Source: Gemelliphila palaticanis
Lineage (GTDB): Bacteria > Bacillota > Bacilli > Staphylococcales > Gemellaceae
Length of the DNA stretch: 24,000 nucleotides
NCBI RefSeq assembly: GCF_013415235.1
Contig: NZ_JACBYF010000001.1
Direction: 5' to 3' (one strand)
Shown here: positions 1 to 9,655 of the stretch, piece after piece
Position numbering within the stretch: the first letter of the stretch is position 1
Layout of the letters: every line of letters begins with the position of its first letter
The notes under the pieces: generated by a model
The model's input: only the letters and a program-made list of their open reading frames with translations
Database searches by the model: none
What the model was told of the DNA's origin: nothing
Translations under genes and position numbers: made by a program

Positions 1-364
1 GATAATCACTATTTATTAGTCTATCAATATTATCCTTACCCAAATTTTCTACTTTTGCAATCATATTTTTAAAGTATATTAAATGATTATAGGCCTCTAT
101 TTTTTCTAGACCTTTAAGTATATAGCTATTTATATTACTATCCCATTTTGATTCTATTACAAATCTTGAAAAATTCCCCTTTTTCATTTCTTGGTCGTAA
201 TAATCAACATAATAACTATAAATAGCATCATCATGAATTTGATCAATACTAGTTCCTTCAGATAATAGAAGTTTTACAAAAGTATTATTTGAATAAATTA
301 TATCATAATGTTCTTCGCTATTAAAAGATTTTTCTGATACAAATATTTTTGTTAATTTTTTCAT
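1..364 (-). CDS. Hypothetical protein. Only the N-terminal ~121 aa are visible because the C-terminus runs off the left edge. Weak resemblance to DUF4375/DMP19-like proteins.
   Basis: Minus-strand ATG at 362-364 is preceded by AAGGAG (370-375) and lies 14 nt after the ACT-gene stop. The frame stays open to position 1. My translation: MKKLTKIFVSEKSFNSEEHYDIIYSNNTFVKLLLSEGTSIDQIHDDAIYSYYVDYYDQEMKKGNFSRFVIESKWDSNINSYILKGLEKIEAYNHL... It is missing from the ORF track because it is truncated. Confidence 0.55.
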   Translation of the reverse strand, partial: MKKLTKIFVSEKSFNSEEHYDIIYSNNTFVKLLLSEGTSIDQIHDDAIYSYYVDYYDQEMKKGNFSRFVIESKWDSNINSYILKGLEKIEAYNHLIYFKNMIAKVENLGKDNIDRLINSDY

Positions 365-378
365 AAAATCTCCTTATA

Positions 379-825
379 CTATATGCTAAATCCTATAACT
401 TTAACTTTATTTACATATTTTAAATTTTCTAATTTTAACTTTAATTTTTCTATAGTAGTTAGTTCTAAATTTATATTTAAGGAAAAAATAATTGTTGCAC
501 TATTACTTATTGGTACTGTCTGATGTATAGTTATAACGCTACATTTTTCTTCATTAATTATATTTAAAATTTTGCCTAATATACCTGGTATATCATCGAC
601 ATTTACTGACATAGATAAAATAGATTCTTTTTTAAAATCCTGTACAGGAAATATTGTATCTTTATATTTATAAAAAGCACTCCTACTTAAATCAAATTTT
701 TTTGTTGCTTCTAATATTGATAATTTAGGATCATCCTCCAATGCACTTTTTATTTTTATTGTTTTTTGAACTGCCTCAGGTAGTACATCTTCCCTAATTA
801 TATAATAATTTTTATTGCTATCCAT
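379..825 (-). CDS. ACT domain-containing protein (UPF0735 / PheB-like), 148 aa
   Basis: The N-terminus YYIIREDVLPEAVQKTIKIK...LSRSAFYKYKD plus a C-terminal ACT-like region is typical of the PheB-like protein found downstream of obg in Firmicutes. The track start at 855 overlaps obg by 23 nt. The ATG at 823-825 has a GGAG about 10 nt upstream, inside the obg 3' end, so I prefer 825. Confidence 0.8.
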   Translation of the reverse strand: MDSNKNYYIIREDVLPEAVQKTIKIKSALEDDPKLSILEATKKFDLSRSAFYKYKDTIFPVQDFKKESILSMSVNVDDIPGILGKILNIINEEKCSVITIHQTVPISNSATIIFSLNINLELTTIEKLKLKLENLKYVNKVKVIGFSI

Positions 826-832
826 AAAAATT

Positions 833-2140
833 TTACTCCACGAATTCGAATTCACCTTTTAGTATTTTAACTGTATCACCATTTGAACATCCTCTGGCTC
901 TTAATGCATCATCTGCCCCCATAGAACGCATTTGTTGAGCAAATCTTCTAACAGAAGCATCTCTATTAAAGTCTGTCATTAAGAACGCTCTTTCTATACC
1001 AGGTCCACTTACTACATATGCTCCTGTATCATCACGAGTTATAGTGAATGTTTCATCTTTAGGTTTATGTTTATAAAGAACTCTATTTTCTAAGCTTTCT
1101 TCATCTTCTAATTCTACTTCATAAAGCATATTAGGATCTGTATTTTCTAATATATCGCTAATAGTATAAAGAAGTTTATCTATATTTTCTCTAGTGAATG
1201 CTGAAATTTCTATAATATCTACTTCTTCTCCTGATTTTTTTAGTTCCTCTTTAAACTTAATCAGATTTTCTCTAGAATCTGGCATATCCATTTTATTGGC
1301 TACTACTACTTGTGGTCTTTCCAATAAACGCATATTATATTCTTCTAGTTCTTTGTTTATTATTTTATAATCTTCATAAGGATTTCTACCATCTGTTGCT
1401 GACATATCTATAACATGGACTATTACTTTTGTTCTCTCTATATGCCTTAAAAATTGATGTCCTAATCCTACTCCCTGACTAGCACCTTCAATTAAACCTG
1501 GTAAATCTGCCATTACAAAACTCTTGTGATCTTTAGTTTCAACAACACCTAAATTAGGAACTAACGTTGTAAAGTGATAATCTGCTATTTTAGGTTTAGC
1601 TTTTGAAGTTATTGATAGTAATGTAGATTTCCCTACTGATGGGAATCCAACTAATCCAACATCTGCCATAAGTTTAAGCTCTAAAGTTAGATTTCTTTCT
1701 TCTCCGGGTTCACCATTTTCTGCTATTTCTGGAGCTGGATTTGATGGTGTTGCAAATCGACAGTTACCTCGTCCTCCACGTCCTCCTCTAGCTACTATAA
1801 CTTCTTGTTCATGTTGAGTTAAATCTGCTAGTATTTCTCCAGTATCTGTATCTTTTATTACTGTGCCTGGTGGTACTATAAGGTATAAATCTTTTGATTT
1901 TCTACCATGCATACCTTTACTCATACCATTTTCTCCATTAGGTGCAACGAATTTTTTTTGATATCTATAGTCCATAAAAGTTCTAAGACCTTCATCAACT
2001 TTAAATATTACATTAGCTCCTTTTCCTCCATCTCCACCTGCTGGACCACCTTTTGGTACATATTTTTCTCTTCTAAATGCTACTAGTCCATTTCCTCCAT
2101 CTCCGGAACGGACATATATTTTGACCTCATCTATAAACAT
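833..2140 (-). CDS. obg: GTPase Obg/CgtA
   Basis: 435 aa. The Gly-rich N-terminal Obg fold is present ([18 protein letters not shown]...[11 protein letters not shown]). G-domain motifs [18 protein letters not shown] and NKMD are present, followed by a C-terminal TGS-like/OCT domain. Confidence 0.97.
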   Translation of the reverse strand: MFIDEVKIYVRSGDGGNGLVAFRREKYVPKGGPAGGDGGKGANVIFKVDEGLRTFMDYRYQKKFVAPNGENGMSKGMHGRKSKDLYLIVPPGTVIKDTDTGEILADLTQHEQEVIVARGGRGGRGNCRFATPSNPAPEIAENGEPGEERNLTLELKLMADVGLVGFPSVGKSTLLSITSKAKPKIADYHFTTLVPNLGVVETKDHKSFVMADLPGLIEGASQGVGLGHQFLRHIERTKVIVHVIDMSATDGRNPYEDYKIINKELEEYNMRLLERPQVVVANKMDMPDSRENLIKFKEELKKSGEEVDIIEISAFTRENIDKLLYTISDILENTDPNMLYEVELEDEESLENRVLYKHKPKDETFTITRDDTGAYVVSGPGIERAFLMTDFNRDASVRRFAQQMRSMGADDALRARGCSNGDTVKILKGEFEFVE

Positions 2141-2203
2141 ATTTTTTCTCCTATAATAATTAATAAAATATCAACAATAATTAACTAAATTTTTAATCAA
2201 TTA

Positions 2204-2212
2204 ATTATATCA
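2204..2212 (-). promoter_or_regulatory. Candidate extended -10 promoter (TGATATAAT) for obg
   Basis: The minus strand reads TGATATAAT about 65 nt upstream of the obg ATG and just downstream of the tRNA-cluster terminator. No good -35 element. Chance matches are common in AT-rich DNA. Confidence 0.35.
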
Positions 2213-2221
2213 TAACTTTAA

Positions 2222-2265
2222 TGCAAAATAAAATGCGGCATAATGATAAAACTCATTATCCGCAT
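2222..2265 (-). terminator. Rho-independent terminator after the tRNA cluster
   Basis: Hairpin 2233-2246 / 2253-2265 (AUGCGGAUAAUGA ... UCAUUAUGCCGCAU on the minus strand, one bulged C). It is followed on the minus strand by UUUUAUUUU. Confidence 0.75.
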
Positions 2266-2274
2266 ATCTTTTTA

Positions 2275-2348
2275 CTCCACAGGCAGGACTCGAACCTGCG
2301 ACCCTCTGATTAACAGTCAGATGCTACTACCAACTGAGCTACTGTGGA
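2275..2348 (-). tRNA. tRNA-Asn (anticodon GTT); CCA not encoded
   Basis: Minus strand: TCCACAGTAGCTCAGTTGGTAGTAGCATCTGACTGTTAATCAGAGGGTCGCAGGTTCGAGTCCTGCCTGTGGAG. The acceptor stem is 7 bp, the anticodon loop is CTGTTAA and the T-loop is TTCGAGT. The 3' flank is TAA, not CCA. Confidence 0.9.
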
Positions 2349-2352
2349 TAAA

Positions 2353-2445
2353 TGGAGGAGGAAAGGGGATTCGAACCCCTGCGAGCTTTTACACTCCTGT
2401 CGGTTTTCAAGACCGATCCCTTCAGCCGGACTTGGGTATTCCTCC
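2353..2445 (-). tRNA. tRNA-Ser (anticodon TGA), class II with a long variable arm; CCA encoded
   Basis: Minus strand: GGAGGAATACCCAAGTCCGGCTGAAGGGATCGGTCTTGAAAACCGACAGGAGTGTAAAAGCTCGCAGGGGTTCGAATCCCCTTTCCTCCTCCA. The acceptor pairs GGAGGAA/TTCCTCC and the anticodon loop is CTTGAAA. Confidence 0.9.
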
Positions 2446-2456
2446 TAAATAAAAAA

Positions 2457-2530
2457 TGGAGCGGGTGATGAGAATCGAACTCACAACATCAGTTTGGAAG
2501 ACTGAGGTTTTACCACTAAACTACACCCGC
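2457..2530 (-). tRNA. tRNA-Gly (anticodon TCC); CCA encoded
   Basis: Minus strand: GCGGGTGTAGTTTAGTGGTAAAACCTCAGTCTTCCAAACTGATGTTGTGAGTTCGATTCTCATCACCCGCTCCA. The acceptor pairs GCGGGTG/CACCCGC and the anticodon loop is CTTCCAA. Confidence 0.9.
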
Positions 2531-2571
2531 TTACTACAAATATTTAATTGTCTTAAAAACTTACATATATA

Positions 2572-2600
2572 ATTATATAAAAACAAAAAGAAAATGTCAA
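2572..2600 (-). promoter_or_regulatory. Sigma-A type promoter for the tRNA cluster (TTGACA, 17 nt spacer, TATAAT)
   Basis: The minus strand reads TTGACA (2595-2600), then a 17-nt spacer, then TATAAT (2572-2577). Both hexamers match consensus perfectly. The promoter lies about 40 nt upstream of the tRNA-Gly 5' end. Confidence 0.65.
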
Positions 2601-2623
2601 TAGTTTTTTTCATTTTTTTTATT

Positions 2624-2667
2624 TTTTTACAGAAACTTTATAATTAGTTATAAAGTTTCTGTAAAAG
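2624..2667. repeat. Perfect 16-bp inverted repeat (about 20 bp counting flanking T/A pairs) just 3' of lysS
   Basis: TACAGAAACTTTATAA (2628-2643), a TTAG loop, then TTATAAAGTTTCTGTA (2648-2663). The long T-runs lie on the wrong side for a canonical terminator of minus-strand lysS. Confidence 0.6.
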
Positions 2668-2674
2668 TTATATG

Positions 2675-4237
<1,563 letters not shown>

Positions 4238-4365
4238 TTATTATATTTTTTACAAAATAATTATACAAATACGTAACATAAAACAAAAACGTACATTAAA
4301 ACAAAAAAAATCTAAAATAACAAAAATAAACATTTAATTTACGCACAATTAATTTATGGAAGTGG

Positions 4366-4393
4366 TTGAAAAAAATATTTTATATGTTAAAAT
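4366..4393 (+). promoter_or_regulatory. Candidate promoter for the surface nuclease gene
   Basis: TTGAAA (4366-4371), a 16-nt spacer ending in TGT, then TAAAAT (4388-4393). AAGGAG at 4416-4421 lies 9 nt before the ATG. Confidence 0.45.
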
Positions 4394-4430
4394 TGTAATG
4401 TACAAACTTTTTATTAAGGAGATATAATAA

Positions 4431-7232
4431 ATGAAAAACAAAAAACTTTTATCTATTTTATCTGCAAGCTTAATAGCTAGTAGTTTTATGATACCTCAAA
4501 TAAATCAAGACTATAAATTAATAGCGAAAGCAGAAGAAAACTCTCTAGATAAATCTAATATGAGCATTGGGAAAATTGTTAATGTTACAGGAACAATAGC
4601 TTCTGAAATAGGAAAATTTGGAGGGCAAGGTTTCTATTTACTGTTAGAAAATAATCAAGGTATCTACGTATATCCTGGGAAAAATGAAATTAATTCTGAT
4701 GCAAAAAAAGGAGATAAAGTCTCTTTTACTGCAAAAGTATCTGAATATAATGAAAATTTACAGTTAACTAAACTATCAAGCTTCAAAGTAATAAGCGAAA
4801 ATCAAAATTTATTAGAAAACAAAGTTACAATAAGCAACATAAACGATTCACTACTAGATAAAGAAGTAACTGTAGAAAATTTAAAAATTTCAAATATAAA
4901 ATCTCAAGGGAAATATAAGAATACTGTATTTAATGTAACAGATGATACAGGAAGAAGTATAGAAGTATTTGTTGATAATAGAGCTTTAGGAAATTATGAT
5001 ACATTATCTCCTACTCTTAATTCATTAGGTGATAAAGTAAAAATAACAGGATTTGTAACTAAATTCAAAGGTAAATATCAATTAAAACCTACAGTTTCAT
5101 CTGACATATCAGCAATTAATTCTAATGAAAAACCAGAAACAGAAGTTAACAACGAAACAAATAATAATGAGGAAAATATAAACAAAGTTAATAATATCGG
5201 AGAAATTCAAGGTGAATCTCATAAATCTCCAAAAGAAAATCAAAAAATCACTGTAGAAAATGTTATCGTAACTAAAAAAGATGGAAATAAAGGATTCTAT
5301 GTCCAAGATTTAAACCCAGATAATAATCCTAATACTTCTGATGCTGTATATGTTATTAGTAAAGAAAAAGTTAAAGTAGGAGATGTAGTTTCTATCAAAG
5401 GTATAGTTAAAGAAAACTATGGTCAAGGGTATGCTGAAAAATTTAAAACAGATTTAACTATAACTCAAATAGAAGCTGTTGAAAATGGTGTAGTAAAGAC
5501 ATCTACAGCTGAATTACCTACTCCTCTAATTTTAGGTAATAACATTCCTAAAAAAAATATAGACAACGATAACCTTACTACATACCAACCAAATGAAGAC
5601 GCAATAGATTTTTGGGAAAGTATAGAGGGTATGAGAGTTGTTGTTGAAAAACCGACGATACTAGGACCACAAAAATACGGATATGTTTATACACTACCTT
5701 ATAACTACGAAGGACTAGAAAGAAATAATGCAGGAGGGATTTCTTTACAAGAAGGATTTAACAATACTGAAATAATACCTATTATTGTAGGAAATAAAAA
5801 ATATAGGGCTAAAGCTAAAGATAGATTTGACGGAAATGTTATAGGTAATGTAACTTATGATTATAGCGAATATAAAGTAGATGCTACTGGTTCTAAATTA
5901 CCTAAAAAAATAGATGGTAATCTAGAAAGAGAATCTTCTAGCATTATATTTGATGAAAATAAACTTACAATAGCTTCATATAATATAGAAAACTTTTCTG
6001 CAAATAACTCAACTAAAGAAACTCCAGATAGTAAAGTAACTAAAATAGCAGAATCATTTATAAATCAAATAAATACACCCGATATTATATCTCTAATTGA
6101 AGTACAAGATAATAATGGTACTGTTAATGACGGTACTACAAGTGGGGTAGAAAGTGGTAATAGATTAGCTAATAAAATAAAAGAGTTAGGTGGACCTACT
6201 TATAAATATGTAGAAATAGCTCCTAATGATAACGAAGATGGGGGAGCTCCTGGTGGAAATATAAGGGTAGCATACTTATACAATCCTGAAAGAGTTAAAT
6301 TATCTGAAAAAGAAGTAGGTGAGGCTTTAGAAGCTGCTACTTTCTCTAATGGAGAATTATTAAAAAATCCTTCAAGAATTAATCCTAGTAGCCCTGCTTT
6401 CAAAAGTACTAGAAAATCTTTAGCTGCTCAATTTGAATTTAACGGTGAAAAAGTTATAGTAATAAATAATCATTTAAGTTCTAAACGTGGCGATTTGCCT
6501 CTTTATGGTGCAACTCAACCTGCTACAGAATCATCTCAACTATCTAGAATTAAACAAGTAGCAGAAATTAGAAATTTTGTTAATGAAGGACTTAAACAAG
6601 ATCCTAATTTGAAATTTGTTTTAACTGGGGATTTTAACGACTTTGAATTTTCAAAAACAATAAGAGAGTTAGAAAAAGATGGTAATATAACTAACCTTAT
6701 GTCGCTTCACGAAAAATCTGATAGATACTCTTATTTCTATAGAGGTAATAACCAAAGTTTAGATAACATTCTTGTTTCTAATAATATGCTAAAAAATGTA
6801 AAATTTGATGCTATTCATGTAAATTCATCATTCATGGAAGAAGATGGTAGAGCATCTGATCACGATCCACTTATAGTTCAGATATCTTTTGATAAAAAAC
6901 AAGAAGAAAATAAAGTAAGCAAAGGTACAGGAGTTACTCACGAAAAACCTGAAGTTCACTTTAACAATGGAAAAGGTGTTACTCACGAAAAAACTAAATA
7001 TAATATTATAAAGGACAATAATAAAAACAATAATATTAAAGGTGTTGAACTAGTAGATACATCAAAAGATAAACAAAACCTAGAAATTGTTAAAGACCAT
7101 AAAGAAAATAGCAAAGAAAAATCAAGTAAAACTCTTCCTGCTACAGGAATAACAACTAATTCATCTTTATTAGGATTAATAATTATGGCTATAGTAACTT
7201 TTTCATACTTAGTTAGAAGAAAAACAAAATAA
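4431..7232 (+). CDS. Cell-wall-anchored extracellular nuclease with N-terminal OB-fold repeats, an endonuclease/exonuclease/phosphatase (EEP) domain and an LPATG sortase signal (SpnA/SsnA-like architecture)
   Basis: Signal peptide MKNKKLLSILSASLIASSF. EEP motifs are LTIASYNIENF, DIISLIEVQD, NNHLSSK, LTGDFND and ASDHDPLIV. The C-terminus has LPATG, then a hydrophobic segment, then RRKTK. Repeated OB-like modules are present (GKxxNVTG...YxGxYQLxP). Confidence 0.85.
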   Translation: MKNKKLLSILSASLIASSFMIPQINQDYKLIAKAEENSLDKSNMSIGKIVNVTGTIASEIGKFGGQGFYLLLENNQGIYVYPGKNEINSDAKKGDKVSFTAKVSEYNENLQLTKLSSFKVISENQNLLENKVTISNINDSLLDKEVTVENLKISNIKSQGKYKNTVFNVTDDTGRSIEVFVDNRALGNYDTLSPTLNSLGDKVKITGFVTKFKGKYQLKPTVSSDISAINSNEKPETEVNNETNNNEENINKVNNIGEIQGESHKSPKENQKITVENVIVTKKDGNKGFYVQDLNPDNNPNTSDAVYVISKEKVKVGDVVSIKGIVKENYGQGYAEKFKTDLTITQIEAVENGVVKTSTAELPTPLILGNNIPKKNIDNDNLTTYQPNEDAIDFWESIEGMRVVVEKPTILGPQKYGYVYTLPYNYEGLERNNAGGISLQEGFNNTEIIPIIVGNKKYRAKAKDRFDGNVIGNVTYDYSEYKVDATGSKLPKKIDGNLERESSSIIFDENKLTIASYNIENFSANNSTKETPDSKVTKIAESFINQINTPDIISLIEVQDNNGTVNDGTTSGVESGNRLANKIKELGGPTYKYVEIAPNDNEDGGAPGGNIRVAYLYNPERVKLSEKEVGEALEAATFSNGELLKNPSRINPSSPAFKSTRKSLAAQFEFNGEKVIVINNHLSSKRGDLPLYGATQPATESSQLSRIKQVAEIRNFVNEGLKQDPNLKFVLTGDFNDFEFSKTIRELEKDGNITNLMSLHEKSDRYSYFYRGNNQSLDNILVSNNMLKNVKFDAIHVNSSFMEEDGRASDHDPLIVQISFDKKQEENKVSKGTGVTHEKPEVHFNNGKGVTHEKTKYNIIKDNNKNNNIKGVELVDTSKDKQNLEIVKDHKENSKEKSSKTLPATGITTNSSLLGLIIMAIVTFSYLVRRKTK

Positions 7233-7237
7233 AAAAA

Positions 7238-7280
7238 TTAGTACAGTAAGGTAATAAACCCTACTGTACTAATTTTTTTA
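7238..7280. terminator. Bidirectional rho-independent terminator shared by the convergent nuclease and regulator genes
   Basis: The stem TTAGTACAGTA (7238-7248) pairs with TACTGTACTAA (7262-7272). There is an A-run upstream and a T-run downstream. The distal arm overlaps the last codons and stop of the regulator gene. Confidence 0.7.
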
Positions 7281-8865
7281 TTTTTTCATTAACTTCTTTT
7301 AAAGTGTCATCTGATAAATATTCTTTTAAAACATTAATTATACTTTCTTGCAATTCTGTATTTAAATAATTATAATTCATATTTTGTGTGAATTTTATTA
7401 TTTTATTTATATCATCTGTAGTTATTAACGGAGAAACTAATACATTAGGAACTTTACTATCAATGGGATTAGTAGTAATTATAAAATCTATATCTGTATA
7501 GTTATTATAATCTTCTTCATTAGTAACTCCTACTATATTACAATTAGTTAAGTAATACTTACATTGACTAACCAATAGTTTTCTTATAGAATACTGCTCA
7601 GATGTAACTATTAAAGCTTTTTTGATTGTATTTATTTTTTGTTTACTATTTAAAAGTTCTGCTCCAAAATGTAAACTTATATATGATATTTCTGAATTAG
7701 TAAATTTTAAAGAATACATACTTTCTAAATATTTTATACTTTGCTTTGTTATCAAGTATACATCTTTATATTTATTTATAATTGTATCAGTTAAACTATT
7801 ATTAGTAACTATATTATATTTTTTTCTAAACAGTAATGTTTTAAAATGTGTAATTAACCTATCTATTAATTTGTTTTTACTTTCAAAATATACTGCTGAA
7901 TTTTTTTCAAATATATCTACAAAAGTACTTAAATTTTCTCTTAAGTCCTCATAATCACTACTACTATTATGAATATCCGAATCTTTTTTTAGACATAAAA
8001 CTATAGTAGCTAATATTATTTGTTCTTCTTCGCTAAACTCTAAATCATAAATATTATTTAATTCAAATAATATTTTATCAATAAATTTGTATTCTAATCT
8101 TTCTTTTATTATATTATGATTATCTAGGTTTATACCATTAATAGACTTTTTATAAGACATTACTAAATAAGGGAATGTGAAAATAAATTTCTTTTTTTCT
8201 ATAAACGTTATTTCTTTTCCAATTATATATAAATTATTTTCTATTAATGAAGATAATGTTATATAAAAAGATGTTCCAAACATTATATTATTTTTATATA
8301 ACGCTGAATTTATTTTATATTTCAATTTTTCGTTTTTATAACTATATAATTCATTTAATAAACTATATAGATATTGTATTTTTACTAGTTCATCTCCATT
8401 AATAAAATAACCACTTTTTTTATTAACAGACAATGATAAATTAAAATCCGTTTTTTCAATATTATTTTTTATATCTTTTAGATCATTTACTATAGTATTT
8501 CTACTAACACTACACATTTCCATAAGTAATTCAATTATTACTTTATCAGGATATGTACATATTAGTATCGAAATAAATAATTGCCTTTCTTCTACACTTA
8601 GAAAATAATTGTTATTTTCATAGTTAGATATTAGTCCCCTTAAATAATCCTTTTGTTTATTATCAATACTGATACCCAATTTACTAGCATTTTGAATCTT
8701 ATCACATAATCTATCTTTCTCAATTTCAAAATTTATTTTTTCCAAATTATAATATATTACTCTTCTATTTTGATCCAATTCTTTAGCAATTTTAGTTACA
8801 GTAACTGAATCTTTTAGCTCTATAAAATATTCTATTAAGTCATAAAGTTTTTTATCAATTAGCAT
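7261..8865 (-). CDS. BglG/PRD-family transcriptional regulator (N-terminal winged HTH, PRD region, EIIB-like C-terminal region); likely the ula regulator
   Basis: 534 aa. The N-terminus VTVTKIAKELDQNRRVIYYNLEKIN looks like an HTH. The central repeated helical region is consistent with PRDs. The gene sits directly downstream of ulaF. The family call rests on architecture and context, not on strong motif matches. Confidence 0.7.
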   Translation of the reverse strand: MLIDKKLYDLIEYFIELKDSVTVTKIAKELDQNRRVIYYNLEKINFEIEKDRLCDKIQNASKLGISIDNKQKDYLRGLISNYENNNYFLSVEERQLFISILICTYPDKVIIELLMEMCSVSRNTIVNDLKDIKNNIEKTDFNLSLSVNKKSGYFINGDELVKIQYLYSLLNELYSYKNEKLKYKINSALYKNNIMFGTSFYITLSSLIENNLYIIGKEITFIEKKKFIFTFPYLVMSYKKSINGINLDNHNIIKERLEYKFIDKILFELNNIYDLEFSEEEQIILATIVLCLKKDSDIHNSSSDYEDLRENLSTFVDIFEKNSAVYFESKNKLIDRLITHFKTLLFRKKYNIVTNNSLTDTIINKYKDVYLITKQSIKYLESMYSLKFTNSEISYISLHFGAELLNSKQKINTIKKALIVTSEQYSIRKLLVSQCKYYLTNCNIVGVTNEEDYNNYTDIDFIITTNPIDSKVPNVLVSPLITTDDINKIIKFTQNMNYNYLNTELQESIINVLKEYLSDDTLKEVNEKIKKLVQ

Positions 8866-8887
8866 AATTATATATCCTTATTATCAC

Positions 8888-8915
8888 AAAAAAAGAGCCG
8901 ATAAGCTCTTTTTTA
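8888..8915. terminator. Weak AT-rich hairpin with flanking A/T runs between ulaF and the regulator gene
   Basis: AAAAGAGC (8891-8898), a CGATAA loop, then GCTCTTTT (8905-8912). On the minus strand it is followed by TTTTTTTG. The GC core is only 4 bp. Confidence 0.5.
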
Positions 8916-8953
8916 TTTACATTAATTCTAGCACTATAAACTCATTTTGTAAA

Positions 8954-9655
8954 CTATTTCTTTTTCTGTCCGTAATAAGCATTTGCTCCGTGTTTTCTCA
9001 TAAAATGTTTTTCCAATAAATATTGATCTACTCTTTTAACATCTCTATTTATTTGTTCTGTTTTTCTTGCCATTTTAGCAACCTCTTCTAACACAACAGC
9101 ATGATAAACAGCTTCTTCCGGAGTTTTCCCCCATGTAAATGGACCATGATTTCTAACTACAATACCAGGAACATAATCAGGATTTATATTTCTTTCTTTG
9201 AATGTTTCTATAATTACTGTTCCTGTTTCTTTTTCATAATTACTATTAACTTCTTCTTCAGTTAAACTTCTAGCACAAGGAATATCCCCATAGAAATAAT
9301 CTGCATGTGTTGTTCCATAAGAAATTATATCTCTTCCTGCTTGTGCCCACGCTACAGCTTCTTCAGAATGTGTGTGCACAACTCCACCTATGTTATCAAA
9401 TTCTTTATATAATTCTAAATGTGTTTTTAAATCACTTGATGGATTCAAATCACCTTCTACTATATTACCTTCTAAATCAACTATAACCATGTTTTCTGGT
9501 GATAATTCTTCATATTTTACCCCAGAAGGTTTTATCACAACAAGACCTTTTTCTCTATCTATTCCACTAACATTTCCCCAAGTGAATTTTACTAATTCTT
9601 TTCTCTGTAGGTCCATATTAGTTTCATAAACTCTTTTTCTTAAATCTTCTAACAT
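8954..9655 (-). CDS. ulaF: L-ribulose-5-phosphate 4-epimerase (class II aldolase/epimerase family)
   Basis: 233 aa. Motifs typical of AraD/SgaE/UlaF are present: [20 protein letters not shown]. Its ATG overlaps the ulaE stop (TAATG). Confidence 0.9.
   Translation of the reverse strand: MLEDLRKRVYETNMDLQRKELVKFTWGNVSGIDREKGLVVIKPSGVKYEELSPENMVIVDLEGNIVEGDLNPSSDLKTHLELYKEFDNIGGVVHTHSEEAVAWAQAGRDIISYGTTHADYFYGDIPCARSLTEEEVNSNYEKETGTVIIETFKERNINPDYVPGIVVRNHGPFTWGKTPEEAVYHAVVLEEVAKMARKTEQINRDVKRVDQYLLEKHFMRKHGANAYYGQKKK

Noticed and set aside
2243-2452. 69-aa plus-strand ORF from the track
   Set aside because: It lies entirely antisense to tRNA-Asn and tRNA-Ser. Its openness comes from the GC-richer tRNA sequence, and it has no RBS.
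5109-6403. Minus-strand ORFs 5109-5306 and 6200-6403 inside the nuclease gene
   Set aside because: They are antisense to a well-supported 933-aa CDS. Their products are low-complexity or hydrophobic, typical of shadow frames. No RBS.
7622-7954. 110-aa plus-strand ORF inside the regulator gene
   Set aside because: It is an antisense shadow ORF in extremely AT-rich coding DNA, with a Phe/Leu/Ile/Lys-rich nonsense-like product.
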